A stretch of 64,000 nucleotides of DNA from Camelus ferus (Eukaryota). The DNA lies in contig NC_045696.1 of the NCBI RefSeq assembly GCF_009834535.1, positions 62,870,001-62,934,000 of the forward strand. Reading direction: 5' to 3'. The notes under the pieces were generated by a model. That model had not been told where the DNA came from and did not search any database. It saw only the letters and a list, made by a program, of their open reading frames with translations. Each line of letters opens with the position of its first letter. The stretch's first letter is position 1. A program made the position numbers and the translations under genes. Shown here piece by piece: positions 25,461 to 38,506 of this stretch.

Positions 25461-27164
25461 CCCCTGGGGGGTCAGAGGCAGAGCGCCAGAGTCCCAGAAT
25501 TGTCAGAGAGGCACCGGAGTTGGTCTGGTCCCACTACAGATGAGAACCCTCCCGTGACGCAACACTTGCATCTGGTAGCCAAGGACACAGGCTGCTGTCT
25601 GCCCCAGAGGCCTGCATGAGCCAATCAGTTTGGTGGGGGTCGAGTGAAAAAGCACATCTCCCTTGACTGTAGAAGGAAGGGAGCAGGTTGGAGCTGGTTC
25701 TCCCTTTCTTCCTGCTCCGGGTCCTCTGAGGATACCACCATGTGCAGCTGCTCCTAACCATGCGGAGCCTGGGCTGGCCCTGGGGTACATGGGGTGGGGG
25801 AGGCATTGTGACGGGAGGCGGGAAGGAGTACATACCCTGCAGCTCATGCAAGACTTCCTGGGTCCTGCAGGCCTGTTGTCTCCCACTGCTATCAGGGTGC
25901 TGGCCAACGTCACCTGACCAGCACCCAGGAACCCATGACCAAGACAAGGGGATGGTACTTGAATTCACCAGGATCCAACAGATGACCTGCACTCCTCCAA
26001 TCCAGGGCAGCCCAACCTTCCAGCCTCTCTCTGTGACCTACTGGAGAGCCCCATGGTTCAGCCTAGTGTTCCAACTTTGCTGTTATTGAATGCCATCTCT
26101 CACAAACACCCTGCAGGCACCTACACCCCAGCCAAGCTAGGCCATGCGCTCCTTTGCAACATATTCCTGCCCCTTTGCTCCTGAAACTTGGAGAACTTTT
26201 CCATTCCATCCCAGCATGATCCATTTCTGCCACACCCAATTCCGCTTTCTCTCTAAGACCTCCTGGGATCTCTACAGATAGGAGGGGTGTGTCCCCCTTG
26301 TCAGCTCTTAAGTAGCATTTCTTGCTCTCTGGCCTGTCTCATGGCTACTTATGCACTTATCTGATCAGCCCCTCTGGATCGATCTCGGAGAAGAGAAAGC
26401 CTGTGTCATCACGCATCTTGCCTCTCCCTCTACCTCCCCGGCACCCAGTACCAGCACAGCGTCTGGGCCATGCTGACCACCAGCTATCACTGGGGTGAGC
26501 ACTGGGGCCCAAGTGGCCCAGACAGCCCGCTGACATTCCGGAAGCCTGCTTAGGACAGTTACAGAAGTGCTGCCCCACAGTCTTGTAGTCCCACTCCTCT
26601 CCCGGAGAAGACAGAGAACTTCCCGCCTGTAGGAGAGCAGAGCCTGGGATGATGCACAACTCTTGCTGGGCTGTCAGCCCTCCCAGCAGTCATTATTAAT
26701 CCCTGGAAAGGCTGTGCTTAGGTCATTTTTCAGGGAAAATGTATCACCCAGACTAAGGCTGGCTCTTGGCAGAGGCAGTGGCTGGAGAAGCCAAGGGCAT
26801 TTGTCAGGAGGGTAGGCAGTGTAGGAAGTCTTTTCACTGTTACTTCTCCCACGGGACTAGCAACTCTAAGCTCCCGCCTTCAGCTTCCCTTGCTTTCCTG
26901 TTTGCCTTGAAACAACCCCATTGTGGGCAGATACTGGACCTCAAACAACTCTCCTGAAGTTTGATGGGGGAGCAGGGAAATCAGTGAGGAGGGGGAGCAA
27001 CTGGCCAGGAGGATGAGGCAGAAAGCTGAGGGGCAGGGCTCTTCATCCCTTCCACTTCTAAAGTCACTCTTTTCCCTGCCGACAGCCAGGGCATCTGAGT
27101 GATGTGGGCACCCATGATACTGACAGCCTTCCATGCCCATGCCCTGTTTGAAGCTCTGCACATC

Positions 27165-27330
27165 ATCAAATTATTTTAATCCTCTCAATAATACTGTGAA
27201 TGAGTTTCTCTTTTCACTCCCATTTAATCATTAGGAAATTAGAGGCCCAGAGAGGGTAAGTTATTTGTCTAAGATCACACAGTTCATAAGTAGGGTTTGA
27301 ACCTAGGAACAATTCCAAAGTTGGTATTCA
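27165..27330 (-). mobile_element. MIR SINE
   Basis: ttaatcctctcaataatactgtga...gaggcccagagagggtaagttatttgtctaagatcacacag...gggtttgaacctagg. Confidence 0.8.
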
Positions 27331-28629
27331 TTCTGCTGTTTCTGCTCAATATTCAAAACTCCACTGACATCAGCTGGAAAAACGCCTGTGCAACCCTGAA
27401 CAAGTCACCTTCCCCTCCTGGGCCTGCTTCCTCATCAGCGGAAAGGAGGTGATATTGGTAAGTAACTGCAGTGAGAATTCATTAAGGGACCTTGGAGGAG
27501 GAGTAAGAGACAGAAATCATTTGCATAAATACATTGTGAGCCGGGGCGGTACCAGACCCCGGTGCTGAGATTTTCCCAGTGGCCACAGTGATAATGTGAA
27601 ATTTGATGGCAGGGCCATTGTCAGAGTCAGGGCCTTGGCACTGGCACACTGATAAATGAGGCCTTGGCTTGTTCCGACCGATGATGTCAGTGGGCCTTCT
27701 TCCTTGTCTCCCAGGACTCAGTGTTTAATCACTTATAAGAAACCAAATGAGGCAATAAAATAAGGAAGATCAAATTTCATTAGCATTTCCGTGGAGAGAG
27801 AATCACTCTCGTGGTTCAAACACCCAGCCCCCTGTAGCTTTTACTTGGCACCTCACTGCTTTACTCCACTTCTTACTACCAAACCCAGCTGCCAGTTTTT
27901 TTGTTTTTTTTTTTTTCTTCTTCTTCTTTCTTTTTCCAATGTCTCTATCCCAGGCCTGGAATTCTATTTTGAATTCCTGGGTGAGGCAGCCAGGTGCACC
28001 AGCGTCAGACAGTGGTTCATTTGGAAAAGCATCTGACCTAGTCCTGCACCATTCTCTTGCTGGGGAGACTCAGATCTGGTTTTGGTTGGTAGAAATGTTT
28101 TCTTAGCCTGAATGGACAAACAGACACAGGCTGATCGACTCACAGCTTCTCTAGATGACCACTTGGTTCAAATGGCGAAGACTGATGCCTGGAGAGTTTA
28201 GAGCATGTGACAGCCTGGTTTTCTTAGAATTATGGAAGCTTGGAGTTTGCGGTCTGAGGTGACCCCAAACTTCATGGAGTTTGTTTTCCCTCTTCTATCC
28301 TCTTCCCAGCAAGTGGTGGTCCAGCTTTTCCTTGGAGGCCTTCACTGATGGAGAACTTACTACATCTCCAGGCCAGCTCCGATGGAGAGGGCAGCTCTTT
28401 AGTGTTTCACAGCGAGACCCTAATTGCTCCAGCAGAAACCCCCTACCATGGAGATCAGAACTCAGGAACAAGGACCACCTGTTAGTGGTCCCAAGCCAAA
28501 CTTAGCAATAAGCCCGCAGGTGTCAGCTCTGAGGGGCCCTTGCTGATGACCTGGTCTGTCTGCCTTATTTTAGAGATGGAAGTGCCTCCCTAGGAGGGAT
28601 CATTGGTGGCAGAGTCTTCCTCTCCTTAC

Positions 28630-29430
28630 AATGATAGCTAACAGTGGTTGGGCCCTTATTGCATTCCATTGTTACCCCAAAAGGGGAAGGGAAAAGACCC
28701 CAGTTCTTGTCTTACCCGAAGGACAATTTCAGATGGGAGATGGAGTGTTGCATAGCGATTTATTTATTATTTATTATTATGTAAGGATTTATGTAGCAAA
28801 GGGCAAGTATAACTCCAAGAACAGGAGGTGGGCTGAGCCCAGGGAGGAAAAGCAGTGGTCTCTGTTTGGTCCCCTATCTTATACCCTCGCTTAGAGGTAG
28901 TCTTCTGATTGATTGACGGCTCTGCCCCTGGAATGCCTGGTCATGCTTGTCCTCTTTGGGCATGTCCTTACCCATGATGCACACAGAAAAACCCCTGGGG
29001 GGCCTAAATCACAGCGCTAATTATATTACAATGAGCACCGGGTCATGTCCGGTTAGGTCCTTCTCACTACTGCACAGCTGCAGCTGTCAGGTTCTAACCG
29101 GTTTCTTACTGGTGCTCATTTAGAGGAAGTAAAGCCCCTTTATGCTGGAGGTGGCCATCTTCCCAACCATCCTCCTGCTCCTCCACCTGTCTGCCTGGTG
29201 CCCCCACTTATCTAAGTACCTAACACCAGGACCGCTGATGAATGCTTGCAGCTGTATGATCTCATTTAGCTGCTCTTAGGCAATTGTAAGATGAGAATCA
29301 TTCGTTTAATAGATGAAGTCACCAAGATTCAGAGAGGTGAAATACTTTGTCCAAAGTCACAGCCACTGATTAATGGCTGAGCCAGGACTTGAATCCATGC
29401 ATGCCTGTCTGAATTCCAAGTCCAACTTCC
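28630..29430 (-). mobile_element. MIR SINE split by the solo LTR (28630-28669 and 29226-29430)
   Basis: atgatagctaacag...gcattcca on the left continues as ccagg...atctcatttag...agattcagagaggtgaaatactttgtccaaagtcacagcc on the right. Confidence 0.7.
28670..29225 (-). mobile_element. ERV1-like solo LTR, 556 bp
   Basis: Inverted termini tgtta...taaca; flanks ccat/ccag (4-bp TSD with 1 mismatch); on the minus strand caatcaatc, then tataagat, then aataaa in U3-R order; interrupts a MIR. Confidence 0.8.
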
Positions 29431-31689
29431 CAGCTCCCTCTGTTAGTCCTTAAGTGTTACACTCAGCTTCAACGAAGTTAAGAGTGTCGGGTTTTCTTCT
29501 GTGGAAGAAATCTATTGGGAATTATTACTAGGGGTTTGAAGATTCACGGTTGGCTCTGAGTTCATGTAAAATGCTGAGGTTGGGTCTATGCAAATAAGAA
29601 AATTCGGGGAAAAATATCATCAAATGATAGAAATCTGGTTTAATCAATAATCTGCTGCTGGTCTACACATTTAGTCCTTGCTGGTTTGTTTGCATAGTTC
29701 CAGTGTGAAGGCCTGAAGGGTTCCTGTTATTCTCATTGGGAGAGTAATTTGTTTTATTTCCTGATTCATATCATCTCCAGGTGAGATCATAAGACATTGG
29801 CCTAATATTTAGTTTACAAGCACAGAGCTTCCAAAAGGTTTTTTAAAAAACTGGAGCAAGAAATTACTGTTTCGCTGGAAAAGAAGTTAACATGATTTTA
29901 TTTAAAACAAGGGAAAGAATTTTAAGCAACTATTTAAAATTAATTTTCCATAAGGTTAAAACTTTTGTGAAATCAAAGCTATGACTTGAGATTTGATGGT
30001 AAGAAATGCTCTCTTATGGAGAGATAGCCTTTGGGTTACTTGAGTGTTTCAGCGCTGACAAGTTTTATCCCGTCCTAAGGCACTTGTCAACAAAACTCTC
30101 ATGTCCTCTCCTCTCCCCTCCCAAAAAAGATGGGGGGAAGCTGGCAAAATGTCTGCCTTTCCATTTGCTTTCTCAAACACAATCTGTCAAGTTGGAAGGG
30201 AGGATTTCTTACTAGCCTGGAGGCCATTTGGCTAAATAATGGTTCCCACTGCCAGGAAGTCAGATAGCCTGTGCTGTCAACTTTTCTGTGGCGCTCTCAC
30301 GGGGCAGCCTTTCAGGAGAGAGCACCTCCAGGCCGCGGGAAGCAGAATCTCACTTTCGCTTCCTCCGGCCATCTTGGAGACAACCTTTCCCCAAAGCTTC
30401 CTGTCACTTTGCCCACAGGGTTGATACTGCTGGGCGGTGGACAGAGTAGCTCGGACCAAGCTCCTTTTAATGCCATTCTGGCATTTTGAAATCAGAGATT
30501 CAACACTTTAGTGCATGCCACATATGTTAGGCTGTTCTTGCACTAAAGAAAGTTCACCTACCCCAACCCTGGGGACAGAAGACCTCTAACCATTTGGATG
30601 CAGGATGGTTTCCCACCCCCCTCAGAGGTGGAGGTTTGTACCCTCCCCCCGCTTACAATGAGTTCCCTGGGGTGACAAGATTTACCCTTCTTCACCAATG
30701 GCATACGGCCACAGGGCAGAAGGTTCTGGATGGGCCTTTTTGTTTTTTCCAAAGCATCAGCTGCTCCTACCCCCGTGACTGCACCACTGAGGGAGCATTC
30801 TGTGGTCCCACCTGCCCCATCTTTCTTGAGAGCACCTGGTGCAGGTTATTGGAGAAAATCTTACGAGAATATATGAGCCTGTGTCTGCAGCTGCTCTTGG
30901 GTCTGCAATGCCCATGCCTGCTCACGCTCAGTCTCCAGGGAGTCATTTACAATTTTAGCTGAACTCTTACACCTGGTATGTCTTCCTCTCATGCTCTGCC
31001 AGCAGACGAACCAGTGCCCACCTAACTGTCTCTTCTCGAAAGTCCCCATCTTTTCTTAGATTTCAGGTTACAGAGTTGCTCTGAAACCTCAGCTCTTTGA
31101 TGGGCTCAAGAAAAGTTATCATTTTGGAGTGTGGCTGGCTTTGTGTGGTTCTTAAGGTAGCAGTAACACTCTTTTCAGCTCCTCAGCACATTTCAGCAGT
31201 GCTCAGCCTCCCCAGAGATTTATTTTCATGTCCCCTCTCACCAGCGTGTTCCCTGGAGCAGGGACTGTATCCTAGTTAGTGAGCCACCCTCAGTGCTGGG
31301 CATGATGTGGGCAGCACTAAGTGTCTGTGGAGGGATGTGGGCTCTGCAGCCCGGAGGCCAGGCAGGCAGCTGGAGATGTTGGCAAAGGGAGGAAGGACCA
31401 AATATCGCTGCAAAATTGTATTTGGAAACTTTTGTGCCTTAGAGTCCTGTATCTGTACCCTTCTGCACTCACCCTCCCTCATTATACCCTTCCCCAAAGT
31501 CAGGATCTAATCTGAGGCCTTATCCCTCAGAGGGGAATGCACACCTCTTACTCAGAGCCTCTTCCAAAGTGCTGAGGACCCAAACAATTTGGACTTACTC
31601 ATCCACCAAGTGTGGTTGACATTTTTAGGTGCTTCTTGATCCTGAGTCCATTCTTGGGGCTCTAAGTGATTCCAGCTCGGTCTCTATGT

Positions 31690-32077
31690 GTGTTGGGATA
31701 TTATAACTCCCAGGATGAACAACCTAAACTTTTCAGTGCCTTAACGCAATAGACATTCAGTCCAATACAGGCATTCATGGGCAGCCTTCCACGATCCTGG
31801 CTTTTTTCTGTCTTGAAGTCTTCTCTCTGCTACAGCCTCTTCATTCATCTGGTGGTTGATTAAAGAGACCATGGAGAAGACACCCTACTTCTTAACCATA
31901 ACAACACAGAAGTCAAATATGCTGTTACCTTATTGATGACTAAATCCCATCCTCTCCTCCTGGATGCAAGAGAGGCTGAGAAATACAGTCTCTGACACTG
32001 AAGCTGCTTTGTAGCAATGATTCAACACTCTACAAGGGAAAAATCAGTTTTTGGTGATGCTAGCTGTCTCTGCCACA
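31690..32077 (-). mobile_element. ERVL-MaLR LTR (MLT1I/J-like), diverged
   Basis: tcagtgccttaacgcaata...gatgcaagagaggctgagaaatacagtc...tttttggtg...gtctctgccaca. Confidence 0.65.
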
Positions 32078-33639
32078 GTCTTAGAGAGACTGGATGGACG
32101 ATGATGTTGATCAATTGACTCCAGCCAGGAGTAAGTCTTGAAAAGACTCCACAGAAATACTTCACAACCATCCTGATCTAGAAGATACTTGGAGTGTGAT
32201 CTTGGGAGATTGAGAGTGTGAGATGGGGAGACTTGGGGTGTGAGCAGAAGGACAGCTGAGGTGTAAACTGGGGAGATTTGGGAGTAGGAGCTGACCGCTC
32301 CCTATGCTTTGGCTGGGGCATGTGCTCATTTGCCATCTAAGTGCAAATTCTTCTGTCTGGCACTTAAGATCCTTCATAATCTTGCCCCCACGTACTTACC
32401 CAGCCTGCTTCCACCACTCCTCGGCTTGTCCCTTATGCTTGGGCTACATCGTATGCTGCCATCTTCCCTGCAGAACACATCACCATTCATTCATTAAACG
32501 TTGTGCCACACTCTGGAGAGGGGCCCAAGAACGAATAAGTTAAGGCTCTCCTCTAAGGAAGTTATGCTGCTTATGTGCTCTGACCTTTTCAAAATGAACC
32601 TTTGCTGGGAAACTGGAATGCTGATAGCAGAAAACTTCCTTCCTTGGGGAAATAGCCTTTGATCGCCCTGCCTTTCTCTGAGTCAATACTTACTGTAGAC
32701 TCTCCGGTCTGGTTCTGGCATCTACACAACACAAGAGTCCCTTCCAGAGCTTTCCCACAATAGCCATCTAGCATTTGCTAGAGATATGCCAAGGTCAGGG
32801 GCTTCACCGCCTCCTGAGACACTTGATAGAAATAACTAAGCCCTGTTTCCCTTTGGGTCCTACCTTGGTCATTGGGGGCCACACAGTACAGAGTGCGCCT
32901 TTGTCCACAGGGGAGATCTTCAAAGACTGACTGGGTCTTCCCTTCAGAAAAGCCTCTCACCAGACAACACCTTCTTGCTCTGAGACCTCACCCATGTCCA
33001 GCATTATCAAGTACACCACAGCGGTCCTCCAGTCCCTAGACCCCCAGATCACTTGCCCGTTGCTATCCTCACATGCATCTGTTCACAGATCCCTGACCAT
33101 GTGCCAAGTGCTGCATTAAAGCACAGACTGACTTGATCAGGTAAATCCAACAATGGGCAGGAGAAGACTGTGAAAGTTTCCTTGCAGAGACGTTGTCCTC
33201 TCCCTTTTGATAACTTTCAGAAAGATTTTGCATACATTTAGGCATATTCGGAGATGGGCTGGCAAAAGGTTAAGTGTTCTAGATGTTTTCAGTTTGCTTT
33301 TCACCCTTTGATTTATCATTTTGAACATTCTCCAAATGACATTCTTGGTAGGGGTGGGAAATAGTCTAAAACTTCATGAAAGATACTTCTAAGTTGTAGT
33401 AGGCAATAAACATATGGCATCTGTTTAATTGATGCATAATTTCCATGGGAAGATGTGTGTGAGCAGCATCATAAAAGTCTTTCGCTTTGCCTTTGATTTC
33501 TCTTTGTGTCCCACTTGAGTAATTTCCTCTCACATCTTTCTGTCCCAGGGCCTAGAAACCTGGTAAATAAGCCCCAGAGAGACCCAGCGAGCCAGCAACA
33601 TCCTGGAAATCTGAGGCCGTGAGGTTAAGCACAAAAACG

Positions 33640-34290
33640 CTCTCTTTCCAGGAAGGAATGACTGAATCAGAGCAACGACCTTGGCTTTCAATTAGTCTTG
33701 GTCCAACTTTTCCCACTCTTTTCCTCTCTGTCCCCCACCCCTTGTGCCCCAAGCTGTGGAGGGGCTGGGGCCGCACCCCTCCCCCAAACCCCATCTCTCT
33801 TGCGCAAGCCCGTCCTGCCTTTGGCCTGTGCCTCAGGACTCTCTGTGTCCACAAAGCTGGGCTGAGTCAAGCTTCCTCTCCAGCTCAGAGAAGAATGCCC
33901 GTCAGGAAGCTCAATTATTTCGAGAATGTGAAATACAGTATTTTAATGTAGCCATTTTCCATGTCCCCCTAGAAAAAGGATGTAGAGTTTGTTGTCAGTC
34001 TGTCTGCAAATGAGTCTTGTTCACACCAGAGCACTTTCCTGATTTTAACACCACAAACTCTGGATATCTTTCTTTGCCACAAAGAGATGTTGGCTGTGGC
34101 TCTCTTTCCACAGGTGCAGTTCAGTGAGACAGGCTGTTGAAAGGTAGGCGGTGTTCTTACGGAAGGGCCTGCCCTTGGAATTCATCCTGCAATTACGGGG
34201 CCAAGCCAAGCCCCGGCAAAACATCAAGCAGGGTGTTGACATTTATTTCTAGATACCGTGCCTCGTCCTAAAATGAAACCGCGATGCTAG
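33640..34290. promoter_or_regulatory. Candidate signal-responsive enhancer
   Basis: STAT GAS site ttccaggaa 33646-33654; C/EBP palindrome cttgcgcaag 33799-33808; AP-1 tgagtca 33863-33869. Confidence 0.35.
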
Positions 34291-34428
34291 CAGCAGGGCC
34301 GGAGAAACTAGTGCCTCTTGTGCTGCTCGGCTGCAACACAAGTGGATAAAGTTTTTGACAACATTTTACTTTTGGTTGATGCTCCTCCCGTGGTAAACAC
34401 TGAACTGGTCAGTAGAAGTAGAGATTTT

Positions 34429-34562
34429 GAGGGTGAGGGTATAGCTCAAGTGGTAGAGTACACGCTTAGCAAGCATGAGGTCCTGGGTTCAAACCTCAGT
34501 ACCTCCATTAAAGAAAAATAAATAAATACACAAACCTAATTACCCCCCCCCCCTCAAAAAAA
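34429..34562 (+). mobile_element. tRNA-derived SINE (camelid Vic-like)
   Basis: A box tagctcaagtgg; B box ggttcaaacc; A-rich/C-run tail; TSD agaagtagagatttt (34414-34428) versus agaaatagagttttt (34563-34577). Confidence 0.9.
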
Positions 34563-36244
34563 AGAAATAGAGTTTTTGGCAATGGAGACTGTTGTCATGA
34601 GTCAAATTCCTCAGTTTTCTTGGTCTGAGAAGGACTGTTGGATCCTCTTGTTTGTTGGAATAGGTTTAGTTTTATCACCATAAAGATAAATAAAATAAAC
34701 AAATAAAATTCAAACTTGAGAGCATAATTCATATCCTTGGGCTCCTGAGCTCCAGATTACTACTTTGGAGTTAAGGGGGGAAAAAAATCCTTATGTAGCA
34801 GCCATTGGCTTTTCCAAAGGAAACTGGGCTACACAAACATACTTTGAGTATGTGTGATTTCACTTAAAACACACGTCCTGGCTCAGAGACCTATTGCAAA
34901 ACCCAATCAATTCAGGGAAATGAATAATTCTTACTTTTGGACCATTTTGTGAAAGAGCATTCAGCCTTATTTGAAGCCAGAAAAGAAACTTTTTTTTTTT
35001 CCCCAGAACCAAAGCTTCCAGTGCAGTGCTGAGCCCTAGTATTACTTCACTGAGGGCAGGTCAAGGCCGGGGAAGGGAATGTGATGGGGAGAAGCCACAT
35101 CCCTGGATCAGGGTTTAGGGTCTCAGGCACGCTGGGCTCACCATCTGCACTTCCCACCTGCCCCTCCCCTGGGGGCGGGGACTGTGGGGGAACTGGATGG
35201 ACAGCGAGAAGCAGAAGTGAGAATGTGACCCTGTGCCCTTGAGTCGGGTGTGTTTGGGTGTAGGTTTTACAGATGAGGAATAGGTTGTTAACATTTCTTT
35301 GACTCTGAAAATGACTTTGACCCCTGAAAATGCACAAAAGCTTGCTTTACTAGCTCGGAAGACAAATATGACTACATCTTTTTGTAATGTTCCAGCTAAT
35401 CCCTTGGCCACCTCCACCACTAAAGTCACAGGAAGTCCCTTCCCTCTCAGGACTTCCCACCTTAAGTCTCAGGCGCTCAGGGCCCTGGAAGAGCTGAACA
35501 GGAGAAAGGAGGACCTCCTGAGAAGACCCTGCTGCTCCTTCCAGTCTTAGCCGCCCACCACCAACCGGAAGGTGCGGGGAGGGGGATGGGACTCCACACT
35601 TGGGGGAGGGCTAAGGTTCCTTTGTTTTCCGACTCCACGGCCAAGTTTCCCAGCCTAGGAGGAGCTGGGGGGAAGGGGATGGATCTACTCTGAGTCCTTT
35701 CCTGCCAGCTGGCCCCAGACCCAGTCACCTCAGGCCAAGCTTCTAATAACGTGGATCTTCAAAGGGAAAGTCAGGGTTGCTTTGGGGCTCTTCCTCCCAG
35801 GAGGCTCCTTGACCTCTGCAGGTTTACTGGCTCCTTCCCAGAGTAGGACAGTGGGGTGCAAGAGGGACATGCTTACCCCTGCTTTGGAAAATCCCCAGTT
35901 TGTGAATAGCTCTAGGTTTAACACATCCCCCTACCCCCAAGTAGACTTCTATGTCCGTAGTAGGCAAGTCTCACAAGACACAAGGAGACTGTGTCACTTA
36001 CTACAGAGCTTGAGGCTTGTGGCAAGTACTAGAAAGTCTCAAAATTTATTCCTAAATCTACTCCCACCTGGGAAATCTCCAAGCAGAGGAGACAACTGGT
36101 AGCAGTAACATAGTTTTTGGTTCAGCCTACTTAGGCATGTGCAACTAACCCAGAGTATATATAGCCTGCTTTTAAAAATACTGTATATAACTACTTTTCT
36201 TTAGTGTAGATAACCTACTCTGATTGTTACTTTTTCCCCAAAAA

Positions 36245-37025
36245 AAGTCTTATTTAAAATTTTTCAATCTTACAGAAGTTTCAAGAGCAGTGCAATGCCA
36301 TACACTTATGATCTGTGTATTTTTCTGTAATATTCCAATAAAAGAAAATTAAGACTAATATCCTTCAGCTAGATTCACCAGCTCTAATGTTTTGCCATAT
36401 TAGTTTTATTTCTCTGTCTCTCTGCACACACACACACACACACCCATTTATATATTAAAATGTGTTCATATGTGCATATGTATATACCTTTAAGGTGATT
36501 TAACCATGTGAGAGTATGTTGTAGACACCGTGATTCTTCACACTTCAATACTATGTGTCTGCAAATAGGACGTTCTCCTACATAATCACAGTCACCTTGA
36601 GAAAACTTAACAATGATGCAAAACTATTATCAGATATATAGTTCCCATTCAAGTTTTCCCAATGTCCATTCTAGCTGGATTTTAAAATATCTAGGATATA
36701 ATCAAGGATCATGGCATTTAGTTGCCATGTCTCTTTAGTCTCTTTGAAATTAGAATATTCTCCACAACTTTTAAAAAAATATTTTATGATGCTGACATTG
36801 TTGAGGAATCTAGGCAAGTTGTTCTGCAGATTGAATGTTTGAAATGCTTCTGATTGTTTCCACAAGATGTATGTGAAGCATTTTCGGCAGGAGCACTACA
36901 TAGATGATGTTATTTACTTCCACTGCGTTTCATGAGAGGGCAGCATAGGGTGCCTGTCCCATTATGGGGGATGGTAAAGTTTGACTGATCAGTTTAGGTG
37001 ATGTCAGTTAGATTTCTCCTCTACG
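36245..37025 (-). mobile_element. L1MC4/5-like 3' UTR, including an (AC)n tract
   Basis: ctagattcacca, ggacgttctcctacataatcacag, aatcaaggatcatggcatttagttgccatgtctctttagtctcttt. Confidence 0.8.
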
Positions 37026-37559
37026 ACTACTGGGTATTTCAATTGGAAAGAGTATGTTGACAGAACATTCTAAATAATAATAACTAAAATAATACTTTTA
37101 GCTACTGGCTAATATAATGGTCCACTTTATCACTTCTGTTCCCTTTAGTTTCCTGACAGGATTTTATGCTCATCCAAAGCACTGCTCTGGCAGAAATGCA
37201 CAGTTTCTCCAGCTGCCAACTGTCGATAATAGGCTGGTTGCTTGCCTACAATGACTCTCATTGGATAAAAGGTCCTCATTCCCCTCATTGGTTCAAAGAT
37301 ATTCTCTGATTAAACTTGGCCAGTCTATCAGCCTAGATGGAGCCTCTGCTGAATTTTCCTGTCTCTCTCTGGGCGGAAGCTGCCAGAAAGGATCTCTTTT
37401 TAAAGAGTCAGGCATGTATTTGTTTTTACCTCTGAGAGAATACAAATGCTTGGATCAAAACCCAGCTCATTTTCCCAACTAAGCTCATAAATATGACACA
37501 ACATGAAACGTAACTAAAAACACACTAACAAGACAGAAGAGTTTCAAAATGAGGGAGAT

Positions 37560-37700
37560 TATAAGGTAGAGAAAGATTGGACTGGGAGTTAAGAGTTCTG
37601 GGTTCAAGTCCCAACTCTTTGATTTATAAGCTGTATGATTTTAGGAAACTCCTTCACCTCTCTGAATTTTCAGATTATTAGCTCCAGAAATAAAACCATA
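37560..37700 (+). mobile_element. MIR SINE
   Basis: tggactgggagttaagagttctgggttcaagtcccaactct...gctgtatgattttagg...cctctctgaa. Confidence 0.7.
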
Positions 37701-37832
37701 TTCATGTCTGTCTGATAATGCATCAGTAAAAGAAACCAGGTGAATTTTCACAGAAGTTGGATCCCTGTTTAGAGTATATAATAACATTTGATTTGGGTGG
37801 CCCTGAGGGGAACCTCAAAGGAATAAATCATT

Positions 37833-37955
37833 ATATCAGTCAAGATAGTCCCAGTTAGGCTTTGGTAACAAGTTATTCCCAAATCTCAGAGACTTAACCA
37901 AAACTTTTTTCTTATGTTATACGTCCATCAATGGCTTGCTGTGTCTCCAGGTTAG
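37833..37955 (-). mobile_element. MLT1J-like LTR fragment
   Basis: tatatcagtcaagatag...ggtaacaag...cccaaatctcagagacttaac. Confidence 0.5.
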
Positions 37956-38129
37956 CAGCAGCAGGGAAATGCTGATTTAATGATGGTTAAAAATTCCTCT
38001 AAACAACTCCAGGGGGAGGGAGGGTATCAAATCTGTTATGCAGGGATTGCAATACTGGTTACATGAATTTCACAGGCTTCTTATTGGGATTGTGTGATGA
38101 GACTTTGGATTGTACAAATGTGAGATTTG

Positions 38130-38265
38130 TGTCACTGCCTCTAGACTTGGAGCTCCTTAGGAATAGGAAATAGAATTTATTCATTATTGAATTCCCAGTG
38201 CTTAGCCCATGGTAGCATATGGTAGAATCTGAATAAACACTGTTGGAGTGAATTATGGAATGAGG
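38130..38265 (+). mobile_element. L2 3' end
   Basis: ctagacttggagctccttagg...ttattcattattgaattcccagtgcttagccca...aataaacactgttggagtgaat. Confidence 0.7.
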
Positions 38266-38415
38266 GCACACATAAGGAAATTCAGTTAGGGTAAGAAAAA
38301 AGTCCAAACGTATATTTGAAAAAGATGGAAAAGCGTTTCTTATGAAGTCCACATAAACAAGAATGATCAAGGAAGAAGAATTACGAAACAATACTTCATA
38401 TGAAAAATGAATGTA

Positions 38416-38506
38416 GGGAGAAGGGTAATAGCTCAATGTAGAGTGCATGCTTAACATACACAAAGTCCTGGGTTCAATCCCCAGTACCTCTATTAAAAAA
38501 CAAAAG
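38416..38506 (+). mobile_element. tRNA-derived SINE (camelid Vic-like, short form)
   Basis: tagctcaatgtagag, gtcctgggttcaatccccagtacctc, A tail; exact 12-bp TSD aaaatgaatgta at 38404-38415 and 38507-38518. Confidence 0.92.

Noticed and set aside
27519..27538. Canonical Sox2-Oct4 composite element
   Set aside because: Spacing and orientation do not fit CWTTGTNATGCAAAT
34429..34505. Functional tRNA gene (also 38416-38490)
   Set aside because: A and B boxes are present, but the A-rich tails and TSDs identify both as SINEs
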